From assembly GCF_006345805.1 (NCBI RefSeq), contig NC_042997.1:68262001-68326000 (forward strand): a stretch of 64,000 nucleotides of DNA, in the 5' to 3' direction. The position numbers and the translations under genes were made by a program. Positions 13,924-29,689 of this stretch are shown here, piece by piece. The stretch is from Octopus sinensis (taxonomy: Eukaryota). Positions within the stretch are counted from its first letter, which is position 1. Each line of letters begins with the position of its first letter. A model generated the notes under the pieces. That model ran no database searches. It was not told the origin of the DNA and saw nothing but the letters and a program-made list of their open reading frames with translations.

Positions 13924-13997
13924 CCAAATAATTGTTCAGTAGGACCAACTGTAAAATTAAAAGAAAAAAATGTTGATGACACTCCTGTCTCCGTATT

Positions 13998-14046
<49 letters not shown>

Positions 14047-14789
14047 CGAATGTAGGCGCATGAGGGGGGGGGGGTACAAAGTTTACTGGTTAGGATGTTG
14101 CACTCACGGGGATATGGTGGTGCGTTGTGTTTTGCAATAAAAACTTCATTTCACGCCGCTCTGCGATTGCTTTGATACTTAACGTGTGGAACACTTGTAC
14201 ACTCATTTACGCAACACCGGTTTGATGGAGGAAGTTGGCTAATGTACAGCACACATATTTGATCGTTATAAATAGATTATTTGTGCAGGTGGTTCAGCAG
14301 AACCTGATGACTCACACGTTGTCTTAGGCTATTCCATCATGAATGTATATATGTATATAAGTGAATGTATGCATGGATGTATGTGTCTGGCATTATCTCT
14401 TTTATTCTCACTGTCATCCAAGTTCTCTCTCTCTTTCTCTTTCCATTTCCGTTCCTACGATCCCCTTATTCATCAACCGTTTTACACCCTGCTTTCGATG
14501 CAAGCAGACATCGTTCCTGTATCTTTTTCTTCTCTTACGCATAATTCTTTTACATAAAAAAAAATGATAAACGATGTAACTCGAAGCATTAAATCCTCTT
14601 CCATTTTCATTTACATTTTGTGAATTTACTTTAAATGTACTCACTTCATAATTGTTATTGTCTCTTTTCATTTTCTGTTACCCGTTCTCCCCTACCTAAA
14701 TTTGTAGTTTATTTGCTATTTGCTGGTCCCCTTAACCTATAATCATTCTCGTTTTATTTGCAAATTTTTATATTGTATACATACTTACA

Positions 14790-14855
<66 letters not shown>

Positions 14856-14880
14856 GAGAGAGAGAGAGAGAGAGAGAGTG

Positions 14881-16070
14881 CAATGAATAAACTGTTATCT
14901 AAATTACACAAAAATGAAAATAATACCGGCATCTCATTTTAACAGATACATTTATCAAAATTACATGAAAACGTCTTGAAATACTAAAGAGTAAATGTAT
15001 TCAATAAAATCGCCATTGGCTTCAGCCACGACCTCTAAATGACTTCGGAATCTCCTGCATCTCTTCTGGACTGTCTCTTCGATTAAGTTGGTGAATGCTG
15101 CCATAATCCTTGCCTTCAGTCATCTTTGATATTACAAGGAGTTTTGTTGGTTTCTCGCTCAACTGTGCCCTACACCTAATAATCAAGGGGGTTGCAGTTG
15201 AGTAGGTGACCAAATACTAAGGGTGATGCGGTCGCAGAAATTGTCTGACAGTCATGACTGGGTACTCCTGCTTGTGTGGCATGAAGCAAAATCCTGTTGC
15301 CAGACATGGGGTCCTCCAGCAGCCACTATCTTCACCCAGGATGGCACTATCTCCTCCAGTCTGAGTCTGAGGCCGTGTGGGAAGCTGAATGGAGGTATAA
15401 CGTCGCCATCACTAGCGATCACACCAAACACCATAATGTTGACTGGACGCTTGATTTTTATCACTCTCGGTACATATTTTGGGGTCACGGCAAGTCAACG
15501 GTTGTTCTGTGTGTCCCCCATGATCCTGGCAGAAATGTTTCTTGTCTGGGAAAAACCAAAAGATGTTTGGTTGGATGGCTGCTTGAGTTTGTTCAAAAGC
15601 TTCGTAGGGCGATCTTTCCTCTTGTATGAGGAATGCCGAATGTCTTCATGCACTACCTGCCTAATAAAAAGCTCAAACACTCCCATGTCTATGGCGATGG
15701 ACCTGATTGACTTGGAGGGATGGTTGTCAATCATGGCCTAGATCTCGCCAACAAATTCAGGAATTCTTTCGAGCTGCCGTACCTTCGTAATCACCATTAG
15801 ACTCATCCAACTCTTTCCGAATCATCTGCACTGTCCCCGGATTGACACCCAAACACTCTGAAATGTTCGTATAGGAGCTTCCGGTACGAATGGCAAGCAG
15901 AGCAGCATATTCTTTCCAAATTTCAGGCAGAGTGAATTACATCATGGTAGTGTTTTTCTCACAGACGGTGCCCAACTGATCTTACTATACATTGTAAACA
16001 ACAAAATCAAAAACGAACAATGCGCATGCACGAAATCGAAAAAAATAAAATGGTGACAATTTACCCATCG
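14881..16070 (-). mobile_element. Decayed Tc1/mariner-superfamily transposon, probably maT/DD37D type
   Basis: Transposase remnants SIRSIAIDMGV (HTH), IMVFGVIASDG and VWQQDFASCHTSRSTQ...CNPLDY. The right end CGATGGGTAAATTGTCACC sits next to TA and has a degenerate match at 14881. A deletion prevents an exact D-D count. Confidence 0.8.
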
Positions 16071-16162
16071 TATATATGTGCATACGTATATATACACACA
16101 TATATATGTGCATACATATATATACACACACATGCACACACATATATATGTATATATATATA

Positions 16163-16560
16163 TACTCTTTTACTCCCTTACTTGTTTCAGTCATTTGACT
16201 GCGTCCATGCTGGAGCACCGCCTTTAGTCGAGCAAATCGATCACAGAGCTTATTCTTTGTAAGCCTAGTACTTATTCTATCGTTTTCGTTTGCCGTACCA
16301 TTAAGTTACGGGGACGTAAGCACACCAGCATCGGTTGTCAAGCAATGTTGGAGAAACAAACACAGACACACAAATATATACTCACATATACATATACGAC
16401 GGGCTTCTTCCAGTTTCCGCCTACCAGATCCACTCACAAGGCTTTGATGGGCCCGATGCTATAGTAGAAGACACTTGCCCAAAGTGCCACACTGTGGGAC
16501 TGATCCCGGCACCATGTGGTTGGTAAGAAAGCTAATTACCACACAGCCACTCCTGCGCCT
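16163..16560 (-). mobile_element. SINE family 1, full length
   Basis: Minus-strand head AGGCGCAGGAGTGGCTGTGTGGTAA; tail ...GAAACAAGTAAGGGAGTAAAAGAGTA. Confidence 0.9.
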
Positions 16561-16707
16561 ATATATATATATATATGAACACATACATATAGACATATAC
16601 ACACACACACATATATATATAAATACATACATATAGATACACATATATATGTACATGTATATATATACATATATATGCATAAACATATAGCATCTATATG
16701 CATGTAC

Positions 16708-16765
<58 letters not shown>

Positions 16766-17707
16766 TATATATATATTATATATATATATATATATTTATG
16801 TGTATACATATGTATGTGTATATGAGTATTTGTTTGTGTGTGAATGGGTGTTCATATACGTAGTGATTGTAAGTACTTTCTCGTCTCCTCCAACTCCACT
16901 CACAATCTCTCTAATCCCTCTTTCTATTCTATTCTCCTCCTCGCTTTCTTTCCTCCTCCTCTCCATCCTCTCTCCCTCTCTTCATACCACTCTTACTCAT
17001 CACTTCGTTTCTTTCCCTTCTTCTTCCTTTCCCCTCGTACCCGTTTTCCCCATCTTCCACTCCTCTTCTCTCCTTCCTCCTCTCCGCTCCTCATTATCTC
17101 TATATGATCATTTTAATCCCCCCCCTCTCATCATTATAGGCATATTTTTATGTTGCTTTCGAGAATATACCTATATAATGAGTTTGTCTGTATGTGTGTA
17201 TTCATTTTTGTCAGTACATTTCAGTCAAAATCACGTGAGCTAATTATATATGCATGTGTAGTGGGACGGTATCAATATTTAATTTCTTTTTCTTAGGTAG
17301 ATTGAAGGTAAAATTGTGACCTGATAATGAATCAACCTGTAAATGGTTTGTTGACCTTCAAATAGCAGATGAATATTCCTACAATTGCTTCCTAACATGT
17401 AAGAACAATAGGATGGTTTGATGAAACAGTCTCGGAGAGACAATGCTTCAAGAAATGACGGGACCTTAATAATTTTATATCTCTAGTCTCTTCATTTAGA
17501 GTTACTTGTATTGATGACTTGGTTTCACTCTCTGTTGGAAAGCATTTTACTTCACTTTTTTCCTTGAAAATATTTATGTCTTTGTAGCAGAGTGAACTTT
17601 AACATCCCATTGTTAGAAACATGTGAATTTGCGTCTAGCATTTTAAAACGTTTATGGATTTGATACTTGTAAATATAATTCCTCATGTGCGTGATGTTTT
17701 ACATGCA

Positions 17708-17813
<106 letters not shown>

Positions 17814-18631
17814 CACACACACACACACAAACACACACAAATATAAATAAATACATAGTAGATGCATGTATGTAGGTATGTATATGTATATATGTGTGTT
17901 TGTATCTGTGTGTGTGGGAAAGTTCTCATTAATCCCGATGATGCATCCAGGCGTAATTCCAAGTAGGAATCATTCTGACAATGTTTATTGGCCTGCGTAC
18001 AGTAGCTCTCCTTTATTTCCTTAAAAAATCCTCATTTTTTTCTCTATCTCAGAATAACTATTATGATCATTATAACTACTTTGTTGAAGCCTATCTCACA
18101 TGCTAATACAGAAGCTAAAAATACCTTTAATCTTCTTTGTCTTAATAATAGCCAGATTAGGTCGCAATGGTATTATTATATCTCCTATAAATTTCATTTG
18201 ACAAAATTCAAGGTCAATACGTGACGGGGAAGAGTCTTCGATTGATACAACACAAATATCATAGTGATATATTTACAACCGAAGCTAAGCAAATCAAAGA
18301 TATCTGACTGAGAAGAATTTGAGCTTAGGAAAACGGAGCTACATAGTTAGTTCATACCCTAATAACCTTTGTACTGTAATATTTGGATAAATTTCAGAGA
18401 AGTGAAATGGCACCAAGCTGAATTTATATACTTATTCATTCTCGGTTCACAAGTAATTCACTTCAACTAGATTGTTTTTAATAATTTATTAAATGTCTGA
18501 ATATCATTAGAAACAATTTCCCTATCCTCTAGAAATAAGGGATTTGGCGTCTAGCCAAAACGAAACTAATATTTGCATTAATCTTAAGCCCATGTTATTT
18601 ACTTTATATAATGCGTTGTTTTATTCTTTTT

Positions 18632-18671
<40 letters not shown>

Positions 18672-19174
18672 GAGAGAGAGAGAGAACGATAGAGAAAGAA
18701 AGAGCCGTAGCGAAAAAAAAAAAGAATGAAAGAAAGACAGGAGGAGGACATTTTCCACTCCAACTAAAGCAATAACGCCTAAATTTGTGTGACTATTGCT
18801 CTAATTTTGTTCAAAGGGCTCAGAAAGTGTCAAAGAAAATGCTGGAGGTTTATAATAGATTTGCAAATATATAGGCTAACATTTAATATATTTCCGTATT
18901 TAATATTTAATTACGAATTAATTCAAAGACCCCTGGGGTGAGAGAAATGTCAGAGCGCTTTGCAACATTTAATTTCTTGGTTCTTTAGTTTCCCAAACCA
19001 CCGCTTTTTATCTTCCTAAGTTGTTATATAAGTTAGAGTCATGAATTAAGGTTAGACTAAACTGAGTTAATCGACAGCACAATAGACTTCTGGTTTTGTG
19101 TTTGCCATAAATTTTGAAATAGTTTTTACTTTTCAAAACGCACATATATGGCATGACCTCTTTATCTGGCTGGT

Positions 19175-19842
<668 letters not shown>

Positions 19843-20571
19843 CATACAAACATTCATACGCAAATTCATATATAAATAAATATAAACATACATATCTACA
19901 ACGGAATTCTGTACAGTTTCCATTATCACGATTGGGTGTGATTTGAAAGACATCTAGCCACTATATCTAGAGCAGGTCGAGCAAGCTCATAGTCTGTCCA
20001 AGGTTAACAACACTTCAGTTTTTGCTGGCAATAAGCAGCTGACACAGGATAAGTGCAGCTCACCGTGTGAAGAGCAGAAAAGCTATACAATTTATATGCT
20101 ATAATTTAAAGAAGCTATAATCAAAATAAGCTATAATCATAATAATCTAGCATTAAAATTGATAAGCTGTATAATTAATGCGCTTGTATTTTTAAGTTTA
20201 GGTTTTCCCATAAACCAAAATAAGGTTGCGTATGTATGGTTTGTAGAATATTTTCCCGTTTCGAATCGTCTAGATATTTCATATATATGGTGGGGATGAA
20301 AACATATCAACACAAAATGTAACAAATGACCACGTGAAAACTGGATTTGATTCAATACCTGGGTCTTGCCTAATTACATACATTCTATATTCTCTCTCTT
20401 CATCTCCCCCTCTCTCTCTCTTTATCTCACACATACATACACACTGTCTCGGACACATATATATATAGGAACACTGACTTACATACACATACACACAATA
20501 CATATATAACGGGATAATACGTTACTCGTTTCAGAATTTCATGTTTTTCGGAAACGTAGCACAGGTAATGC

Positions 20572-20623
<52 letters not shown>

Positions 20624-20861
20624 ACACACACAAACGTACATACGCATACACGCACATACGCATACTTACACACACACGTACAAACATACATATATACACT
20701 CACACACATCTAAAATTGACTGTCACCTTTTGATATAATAAGTATATGTATTTACTCTCCTTGGTATATTGAATTCTTTATCAGATAATGTTAGCACTAT
20801 ATAATTTTGCCATATTTTAGAAATTTGACATACATACATACATACAGACAGACAGAAATAC

Positions 20862-20920
20862 AAAAATACCCTGGCTCTTTCTCTATTGACAAGAAATCTT
20901 GAAATAAAATCGGAACAATT
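20862..20920 (+). mobile_element. Internally deleted copy of the (TACA)n-embedded element at 48934-49043
   Basis: AAAAATACCCT...CTTTCTCTATTG.CAAGAAATCTTGAAA.AAAA is shared, and both copies are flanked by (TACA)n. Confidence 0.75.
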
Positions 20921-22083
20921 ACATACATACGCACACGTACATACAAATATTCATATACATGCATACATATTTTACATAGGCGTCTTTGAGAAATTCATAT
21001 TTTTAGCAATGCTATATTTTCACTTTAACCAGCGTAAATTATTGTAAAATCCAAGGAAGTTTGTAGATACCAATGAGTTTGGTTGCCGTTATGTGTGAAT
21101 AAAACAGCCTTTTCTGTCACACGTTCTTTGATGGAGAGGCCAACAATAGGTGGAGGTAATGAAAGAAAGGAAGTGAATTAAAAAGTAATCGCCATGAATA
21201 ACAGATGTAGCCAGTCAGTAAGGTGTGGGAATCTAAAGGGATCAGGTCGGTGAGATTCATTGATTAACCTCTTGTGATCAGACATATCAATTTATGCGAT
21301 TAACACTATTAATACCAGCGCATTGCTGTCAGTAAGAGTAAACGTTATTTGACTGTCAAGTGAGTCAGTATCAGTAGGTCATGGGTCAAGTCGTACCATA
21401 GCGTGTTCTATGAATGTGATGATGTGATTTTTTTTCTGAGGGCATTAACATTGTTATTGAAATGAAGTATTTTAACTAAAGAACCAAATCATATCATCAT
21501 TTCTATTTGCCGTATGCGACCTTCGTTATTAAAGGTTTAGTAACTTGAGTGATTTTTGAAAGAGAAAAGTAAACACGACTGAGTCGACGCATCCCACCCT
21601 CCTAGTAAGTACTTCCTTTATCGATCCCGAGATTTGATGCAAAATCGTAAGGTGGTAAATTTTACAGGTTAAATGAAAAGTAGCAATCATTGTTGATTTA
21701 GGAGCAAATTCCCAGTTACACGAGGGTAATCAAAGCACGTAGTTCAGAGTACAGCATCTCTGCCTTACTTCCAACTCAACTAGGCCGATACGCCAACGGT
21801 TACAATAATGTTATAGTCACTAACAACTCAATAATAATCATAGGGTTATTTTCCTCAAAACACGCAACAAGCTTTACAAGGAATACTCTGTCATATAAGT
21901 TTCTTTCAATAGATGTCGTTTTCAATAAAACTTATTGAAGAGGAAGCAGAAAGAGTGGGGCTGGCTACTAGGTGGAAAAATCAATCAATTTTAGGAGCCA
22001 TAACAATTTCTGCTGACTGGATTCGGCTGGATTTTAAAAACAGAAAACGATAAGAATTATACTTTCATTATTTTCTGCGGTAA

Positions 22084-22535
22084 AGGCGGCGAACTGGCAG
22101 AATCGTTAGCACGCCGTGTATAATGCTTAGCGTCTATCTTTATGTTCTGAGTTCAAATTCCACCGAGGTGCATCTTGCCTTTCGTTCTTCGGATTCAATA
22201 AACTAAGTAGCAGTTGATCACCCCTAGGTCGACCTATTTGACTCAGCTCCTCCTTTGAAATTGCTGGCCTTGTGCCAAAATGCGAAGCCAATATTTGGTG
22301 CGGTCAAAGTAGTGAGCTGACAGAATAATTAGCATGCTGGGGAAAACGCTTAGCGGCATTTCATCCGTCATTATGTTCTCAGTTGTAATTTCGCCGATGT
22401 CGACTTTGACTTTCATCATTTCAGAGTCGATAAAATAACTGCCAGTTGAGTACTGGGATCAATGAAATTGATTTACCCCTCCACCGAAAATGCTGGCATT
22501 ATACCAAACATTTTAAATCAGTATTTAGTGCGGTC
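22084..22535 (+). mobile_element. Tandem pair of family-2 SINEs
   Basis: Two diverged copies (~22084-22290 and ~22306-22520). A TATTT..TGCGGT motif lies before, between and after them. Confidence 0.8.
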
Positions 22536-25500
22536 TGTTTGCATTGTAACATTTTTAATAGGACTTATGTAATATGGGACACTTGATCGAGAAATGTAGT
22601 TTATCGAAAATCCATAAGAAAGTAACGCCGCCTGGATCATTAAAAAGGTTAGCTTTTTGAATAACCCCGTACCCCATATTAGAGTGTCGGACAAAAAGCC
22701 TAGCGGAATTTATTCCGACTCATTACGTGTCGATATATCTTTTATATGTCTGACTCTTTTATAACGTACTCACCTGTCGTGCAACGTAACCATCATATCG
22801 CTTATTAGATGTGTTGTATGTATACTTGCATGGGACGTTCTATTGGTGCGAATGAATTTGTTTTTGTATTCTCCTACAGCCAATGCATATAATATATATA
22901 AATATAAACAAAATTCAGCTATCGATTACATGCAAAACGACGTTTTCTTTGTTGCCTTTAAAAAAGGAATATGTGGTCGATATAACCAATCAATAGGTGA
23001 CTTAATATTCTGTGAGGATTATTTATGTACTGATATATGCACCAGCTGAATATATAATTCCTATTCTATATATTATTCTCATGTTACATACCAGGAAAAT
23101 TCAATGTGTGTCCTCTATATATGTATAAGTATGGATGTGTGTATGCATATGGATACATATGCACGTTTATGTATGCGTATAGATTATCTATAGGCACATA
23201 TATTTCGACAACGAATTCTCAGTTCTTGGTAGGCATTGAGTGAGCTACGTTTGGATGAAAATATCCAGTAATATAGAAAATATGTATAATGGTCACCATG
23301 GTTACCAAAGATAGGAGTCACTTCTATTGCATTTATATTTTGGTCTACTTAAATTGGAGTTCTCTTCCTTTCCCTTTTGAGAACCAATTTTCATTGACCG
23401 TAATTATCTCGTTATCATTAGGGTTATAATTTCAGTTCATTCAAAATTACTTTCGGCTCACTGCATTTGAAATGGTAGCCTGAATTTAACGCTATACTTT
23501 ATCCGCAGGAAATTTACAATTGTCATTATTTTAGTTTATAAATATAATCCATATTGAATATATAATCCATTGAATTCTCTTCATACAAAAATATTGTTTC
23601 TGTTAGTCATTCTGAAGTTTTTATAGTCTTAGTGTGGATTATGAGTCAGTAAGGAGCTCAAATAAGGCAGAAACCTGTCCAGAATTGTGAAGACTGTCAA
23701 AGATGAACTACTCTTCATCTAATTTTTGGTTGATTGAAATTTCAGTTCTTTCTATCTTAATGCAGAATTTTCATATATCACCGTGTATATTTCTCGGTAA
23801 ATATTCATTGTGGAAAAATGTCTATAAAAATAGACGGTAGTGATACACTGCAGAATCGTTGTTGAACTATATTTCTAATTTCCACATTCAGTTACCTACG
23901 CAAATAACGCTGCGAACTTAATAAATAAATTTCACATTCATGACCTAATGCACTTAGTTTCAAATAAGTATTACAATATTAAATACATCGCGCTCAAAGT
24001 GTTATGGACTGTACATATATATAAATATATGGACTATATATTTGTAGCGCGTCGTTGGACGCTATAGTCATTAACTAAATATGAAAGTTCGTGTACCTTA
24101 AGGATTAGGAGTATGTTATCATTTCAGTATTTTCCCTTCGTTTTACACATATAATTATAAATAGCATAGCTAAGGTAAATCAGAAGCAATTTCCTGTCGC
24201 ATTCCAAGCTGTTATTTGGTTTCGATTCGATATTTAAGTCACTACTTTCCTGGCTTGAATATTACGAGTTCTCGTTTCCCTACTTCTCAAATGAATTATC
24301 TTTGTGTCTTACTATCTAAAGAGAGAAATTTATGAAATTTTCTCTTGTTCATTTTCAACTCATTTTCCACTTTTACTTTTAATTTTAATTGCAAACAAAA
24401 AATTCTTAATTGATTAAGAGAAGTGATTCAACTAAGGAAATTAAATCACGTTCAAGAGACATAAAATATCCTTCATTTTCTTCAGGCAATTAATTCTGCC
24501 AACGGTTGCAGTGAACATGGCGGCGTTTCAATGCTTACATTTACAACAATGTTATTAGATTTTATCGATAAACTGAAATCACAGGTTGATGATGGTAACC
24601 AGTGAACTATGTACTTCTATTTTTTCTTTATTTGTCACATCTGCTAATTCAATGAACTTAAATTCTGGAAGATTCAAAGCAACTGCTGAGTCATTAAATT
24701 GCCCGACCACAATGCCTATTTACTCACTTCGAGATATAGAGCTGAGTGCTATAAGCAGAAGCAAGTACAGCCTAAGAGACTAAGAGACGAATGCTTTGTT
24801 AGCTTGAAGCACGAATCCTCTTCTTGTATGCTTTGTATCTTAATACAATAAGAATAATCATTCCAATTACGTATAACTTTATCCAAGTGAAGAGTGCTTC
24901 ATAACAGTTGCTTCCTTCATTGAAAACTCTGATAAACTATAAACTGTGCTCTAGTAAAACTATAAAAAACAAAATCATTATAAGCCATGATTTCCTTGTT
25001 CAGTATTATCTTTCTATGTATTTCGAATTAATTGCCTGCTCTATTTACAATTTATATATATTACATATAGTGATAATTCATTTAATTGTGCGCCAGAGAC
25101 ACTGGACCGGTAAAGAATCCAATATCTTAAACCGCTGAGTTTTATCTTTCTACGTTCAGACTACAAATACTTCCTCGATTGACTTTACTTTTTCTTACTT
25201 CTATGGCCGTTCAGTATATATGTATTAGATGAATTGAATTTACTATATCTGGTCACCCGGAATTTACTATATGGGCCACTCTATTCCCTATATAGATTAA
25301 CTCCAAATGTATAGTTTTTCGTCAATCATGTTGCTTGGCGAACAGTTTCGATTTCCCGTTGAAAATATTATTTTGTGCCTGTATCTTTCTACACTTTTGC
25401 ACAAGTTTGTACTTTCACAAATCCAAGAATCAGCCTGTCAGCTGTGATTGATATTTTGGATTGCTCTATAGAAATGGATTTCTCAAATTGTTTTTACTTC

Positions 25501-28500
25501 ACTTAGGCATCTCTGGTTAAACAAAATTCAACGTGGAATCGATTCAGAAATTTCCGCCCGTCCCATGTAGTTGTACCGCGCTTTTTGAAAATTTTGTTAA
25601 CATAATTAATTCACGGGGACATTACACTTCTCAAATTTCGGCTTCTCTAAATATAAGATGTTTGTGACGAGTTAATTATTGCTTTCCTGTGGAGTAGATG
25701 TCGATTTGCGACTGAAAATTAATTTGTAGCTCTGTTTATATAGCCCAGGAGAACGAAAAGATATTCTTTACAAGTCGAAGTTTCTGTTTTGAAATCATTT
25801 GACCTCTTACATTAGTGTTTTTATGAAAAGTTCAAATGCTATACAAGTCTAGTTAATCGTGTCATGTAAGCGATTTTGATCTTCAGTCTTAATCAATTTC
25901 CTGTTATTCCTTTAATATCCTTAGAACTACAGATGTCCATGGACAACTAGACAAAGGGTCGGTAGTTTATGTCTTATAAACGGCAGTGAGTTTTAAACTA
26001 TGGCTAGGATATTCAACACTCAATGGCTGAATCTCTCTATCCTTAAATAGCATAAGGTAAAAACTACGCAATTCATGAGCCAACGGAAACTCTCTAAATG
26101 GTCATGTAACGTGCTGCAATTGATAGTTACTTATCTTTAAACACGCATCCTACTCGATCAGAGCTTATATGGGGTTAAATAACAACAGTGACAACATTTA
26201 AGTTTTGTCAGTGGCAGCATAACTGTAAAGTTGATAAATATTTTACTATCTGGCAGCGGTTACAATGAGTCCTGTTTTTCAATTGTTTTTACTATCATCG
26301 CAAACACAACTTGAAAATGGATAATTCTTTTGAGGAAAGTCATAAATTCTTCTACGCCAGATTTTTTATAATCTTTAGACTACCAAGCCTAATGAAATAA
26401 ACCTGGTTTGAATACGATACACCTTTGGCATTCCTAGTTTCCCAACAATCCGAATCAATGACTTGTGTTAGGAGTAGCATAAATCCACTATTTTATCTAC
26501 TTTGCTAATGGACATGAGGGCATCACTAATAATAGTGTTATTATTGCTACTACTCTTATTGTTTCCAGTTCATTTGAAATAATTGATGGTTTCAAAAGAA
26601 GTTTGATCCCTTTGTAATCCTGAATATCTTATCAAAGAGAATTTCAAAATCCCACAACAGAAAGACAGTAATCTAAACTCGCAATTGCAAATTAACATGC
26701 AGTTTTCGTTAATTAAGTGGGCTGCACTTGAGTTCTTACTGTCCTGAGCTGAATTTACAAATTGATAAGAATCTTTTTAGGTTGCTGTGCTTAGCTAATT
26801 TGCTCTCTGTTTATTGAATATGGACAAAACATAGCGCGGCGCCAGGGATGAGATATGATCTATCCACAATGAGAACAAATGATTGAAAACTTTGGAAATC
26901 AGCCAACAACAGCTCCTGCTGTCAATAGTCTTTGATGCAAAAAACTCTCATTGATTTTGATAACAGAATTTACATTCAGTATAAATAACCCACTAGTAAT
27001 CACAAATCCTGGCGGATAGGAGTTACGTACTTGAAAATGTGATCAAGGCAATCGCTAAAAATAACAAGCACAGAGTTTTACTTCTTCCAAACAAACTCGT
27101 TATAAAAGAAAGGCTTAAAAAAAGAACTGGCCAAAATAATTGTTATTGTTTTATTCTCTATTTTTATCATCCAATAGGATTCAACATGTAATAATAGCAA
27201 GTCAGTAAGATGAAATGCACATCAAAGTTTTAATATTTTCTATTTCATTTAACCACATTGACAGTATTATAGAACGTTGAATAAACATGTTCTGATTTTG
27301 AAGTTGACTTTACCTTTCGGGTTCAATGAATTATGGTTTCAGTGAATTGCTTGGGATCGATATACTTATTTTCCCCTTGTCGTAAACTGCGTGGCTTTAC
27401 GTGTAAGTAAACTAGAAATCAGTATTTTCATTGTAAGAATTGCGCTCAGTGAGAGAAATGGTTGAGCAATGGACTACACGTTTTACGGTAATAACTTATA
27501 CTCCTTTACGTTTTGACTATATCACACTGATATCGATTTCATTCTTTTAGGATCAAAATAAGTAACATCCATGTTTCAAGGCCGTTTCCTTTACTACATC
27601 AGCTCTCTAAACGTATATTTTGTGGCAATGCTAGAACTAAATAGTTTTATTTTTGAGAAACGGTAGTGTGACCAAATAAACGCCTGACAATATTTATTAC
27701 TTTAATTTCATTTTAGTGAGAGCGGTTAGCTAAGAAAATAGATTACCAAAGAATTAGTCAACTGGTCAGTGGTCCGGATTTTGTCTCAGCAATGTGACAG
27801 TGTATGCGGTCAAATGTTCCCAGTTCACTTTGCTAAAGACAAATACTAGATAGAAAATATAACTCACTGCTCTATGCAAACACAGCACTCTAAAACTGGC
27901 AAATTGTTAGTTATTTGTCACTGGTAAGTCCGAATCTGTATATAGATATATAATTTGAAGAGGGATAAATTCTGTTAGGCTGATCTGCTGAAGGTACAGA
28001 CGATTAAAACTGATTCTTCAGTTCAGTAAAACCTCAGGTTTAAGGATCAACATATTTTTCATCCTTATTGGCTGGATAAAATAACTAGTTGTAATGCGCT
28101 GAGGACAAGTGACGTAATAGGTGCGCAAACCAGGATCAAACAAGCTGAGCAGCAGATGAAATTACAAACGCCCAAGTATGCCAGCCCATTAGTTCAGTGC
28201 TCTGATCATGTTGCTCAAACAGAATATTTTGCATTCATATTGGTCTTGCTATCCATTTTTGTGCACACTATCTGTGTCTTCGAATCAATTAATGATGCCA
28301 TCATGGTCAATGTCACACGCACGCGCGCGCACACACACATATATTTATTTATAACTATTATCATTAATATAGTGTTCTGTTCAATGGTTATTTTACATTA
28401 AGAAATCTTTCAACGAGACACTATTCATTATTTCGGTTTTCCTTTTATGAATTTTTGCTTTTAGAAGTTCCCGGTTCCCTTTTTTAACGTAAGGGAAACT

Positions 28501-28619
28501 GTTACAAAAACACAAAAATAACACAAAAACTACTGTAAACATTATCTGTTGTTTCTATATTACAATTAGCAAGAAAGAACTAGTTACAGGTTTCCAACGA
28601 TTCAATCATTGCTTCATGA

Positions 28620-28865
28620 AGGTGTGTGGCCAGTAGATACGATATCGTAGTGACGATCGCAAGATCATGGTTTCGATCCTCGAACCGAGTGGTGCGTTTA
28701 TATTCTTGAGCAGAACACTTCATATCACGTTACTCCTTTCCCCACTAGCAGTAAATAAGTAACCGCGCGACGGACTGGCATCCAATTCAGGGGGAATGTT
28801 GTGATCTTGGTCACTTATACGCCTTAGAAACTGGATAACCGGGCCTATGAGTCTTAGGACTCGAG
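28620..28865 (+). mobile_element. Degenerate tRNA-derived SINE (family 4-like head)
   Basis: TGGCCAGTAG A-box-like sequence and GGTTTCGATCC B box, followed by TTCTTGAGCAGAACACTTCAT, as in 37457-37745. Confidence 0.55.
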
Positions 28866-29643
28866 TCATGCATATATATTCATTACTTCGTTATATTTTG
28901 TCTTCCATATAACCTCTCTTAGGTCTGCACCTCGTGGGTAACACTCCCATATCATTTCACTGCACTTTATGCAAACAAACTGAAGCAGAATTTCCCAGGT
29001 GCAGAACCATAATCTCAAGTAAGAAATACATGGCCTTATTCATTCTAAGTTTAAATTACAAGCCCGGCTGTCTTCTGACCACTGAGCAATTTGTGTCACT
29101 GTCGTAGCCTTACTATTCGGCAGCAGGGATAATGGCAAGGCTTTTGTAGGTTATGTTATTGTTATTATTGCTGTTGAAACTCAAGTAAAAATTGATCGTG
29201 TAGTTGTCTGATCAAGAAAATTCCAGCATGACAGTTTTTCAATTATTGATCATTGTATATATTCTAGTAGATATTTGTCTAGCGTGCAAACATCGTCATC
29301 GACGTGTAATGTAAAAAGTTTATATCAACTCATAATGGAGTTGATGTGATTTATGGTATCGATGTGTTATTTGATCCTAGGCCAAATGTAATGAGCAGGT
29401 GACATGTAATCAAAAACTTTACAGCAACCAGCATCCTGTCTGTTTAGGGATTTTAGAATTATATCATCTAACGTATTCTTTGCTTTTGTTTTTCAACATG
29501 GTGGCGATTATGAGAGAGGACCTATTCTAATAGGTCAAGCAATCACTCACAGGCTCTCTCGCTGGACCTTGGAGATAATGTATTTCGTACTGGTAATGTG
29601 GGAGGTTGCGTGTTAACTTACTCACATACACACATACCTATGC

Positions 29644-29687
<44 letters not shown>

Positions 29688-29689
29688 TG

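Noticed and set aside
17281-17315. TTTCTTAG|GTAGAT as a second recursive splice site or microexon
   Set aside because: The donor consensus is weak and the pyrimidine tract is short.
24470-24590. Acceptor-like TTCTTCAG followed by AACATGGCGGCG as a first coding exon
   Set aside because: The frame stops after 13 codons and there is no convincing donor.
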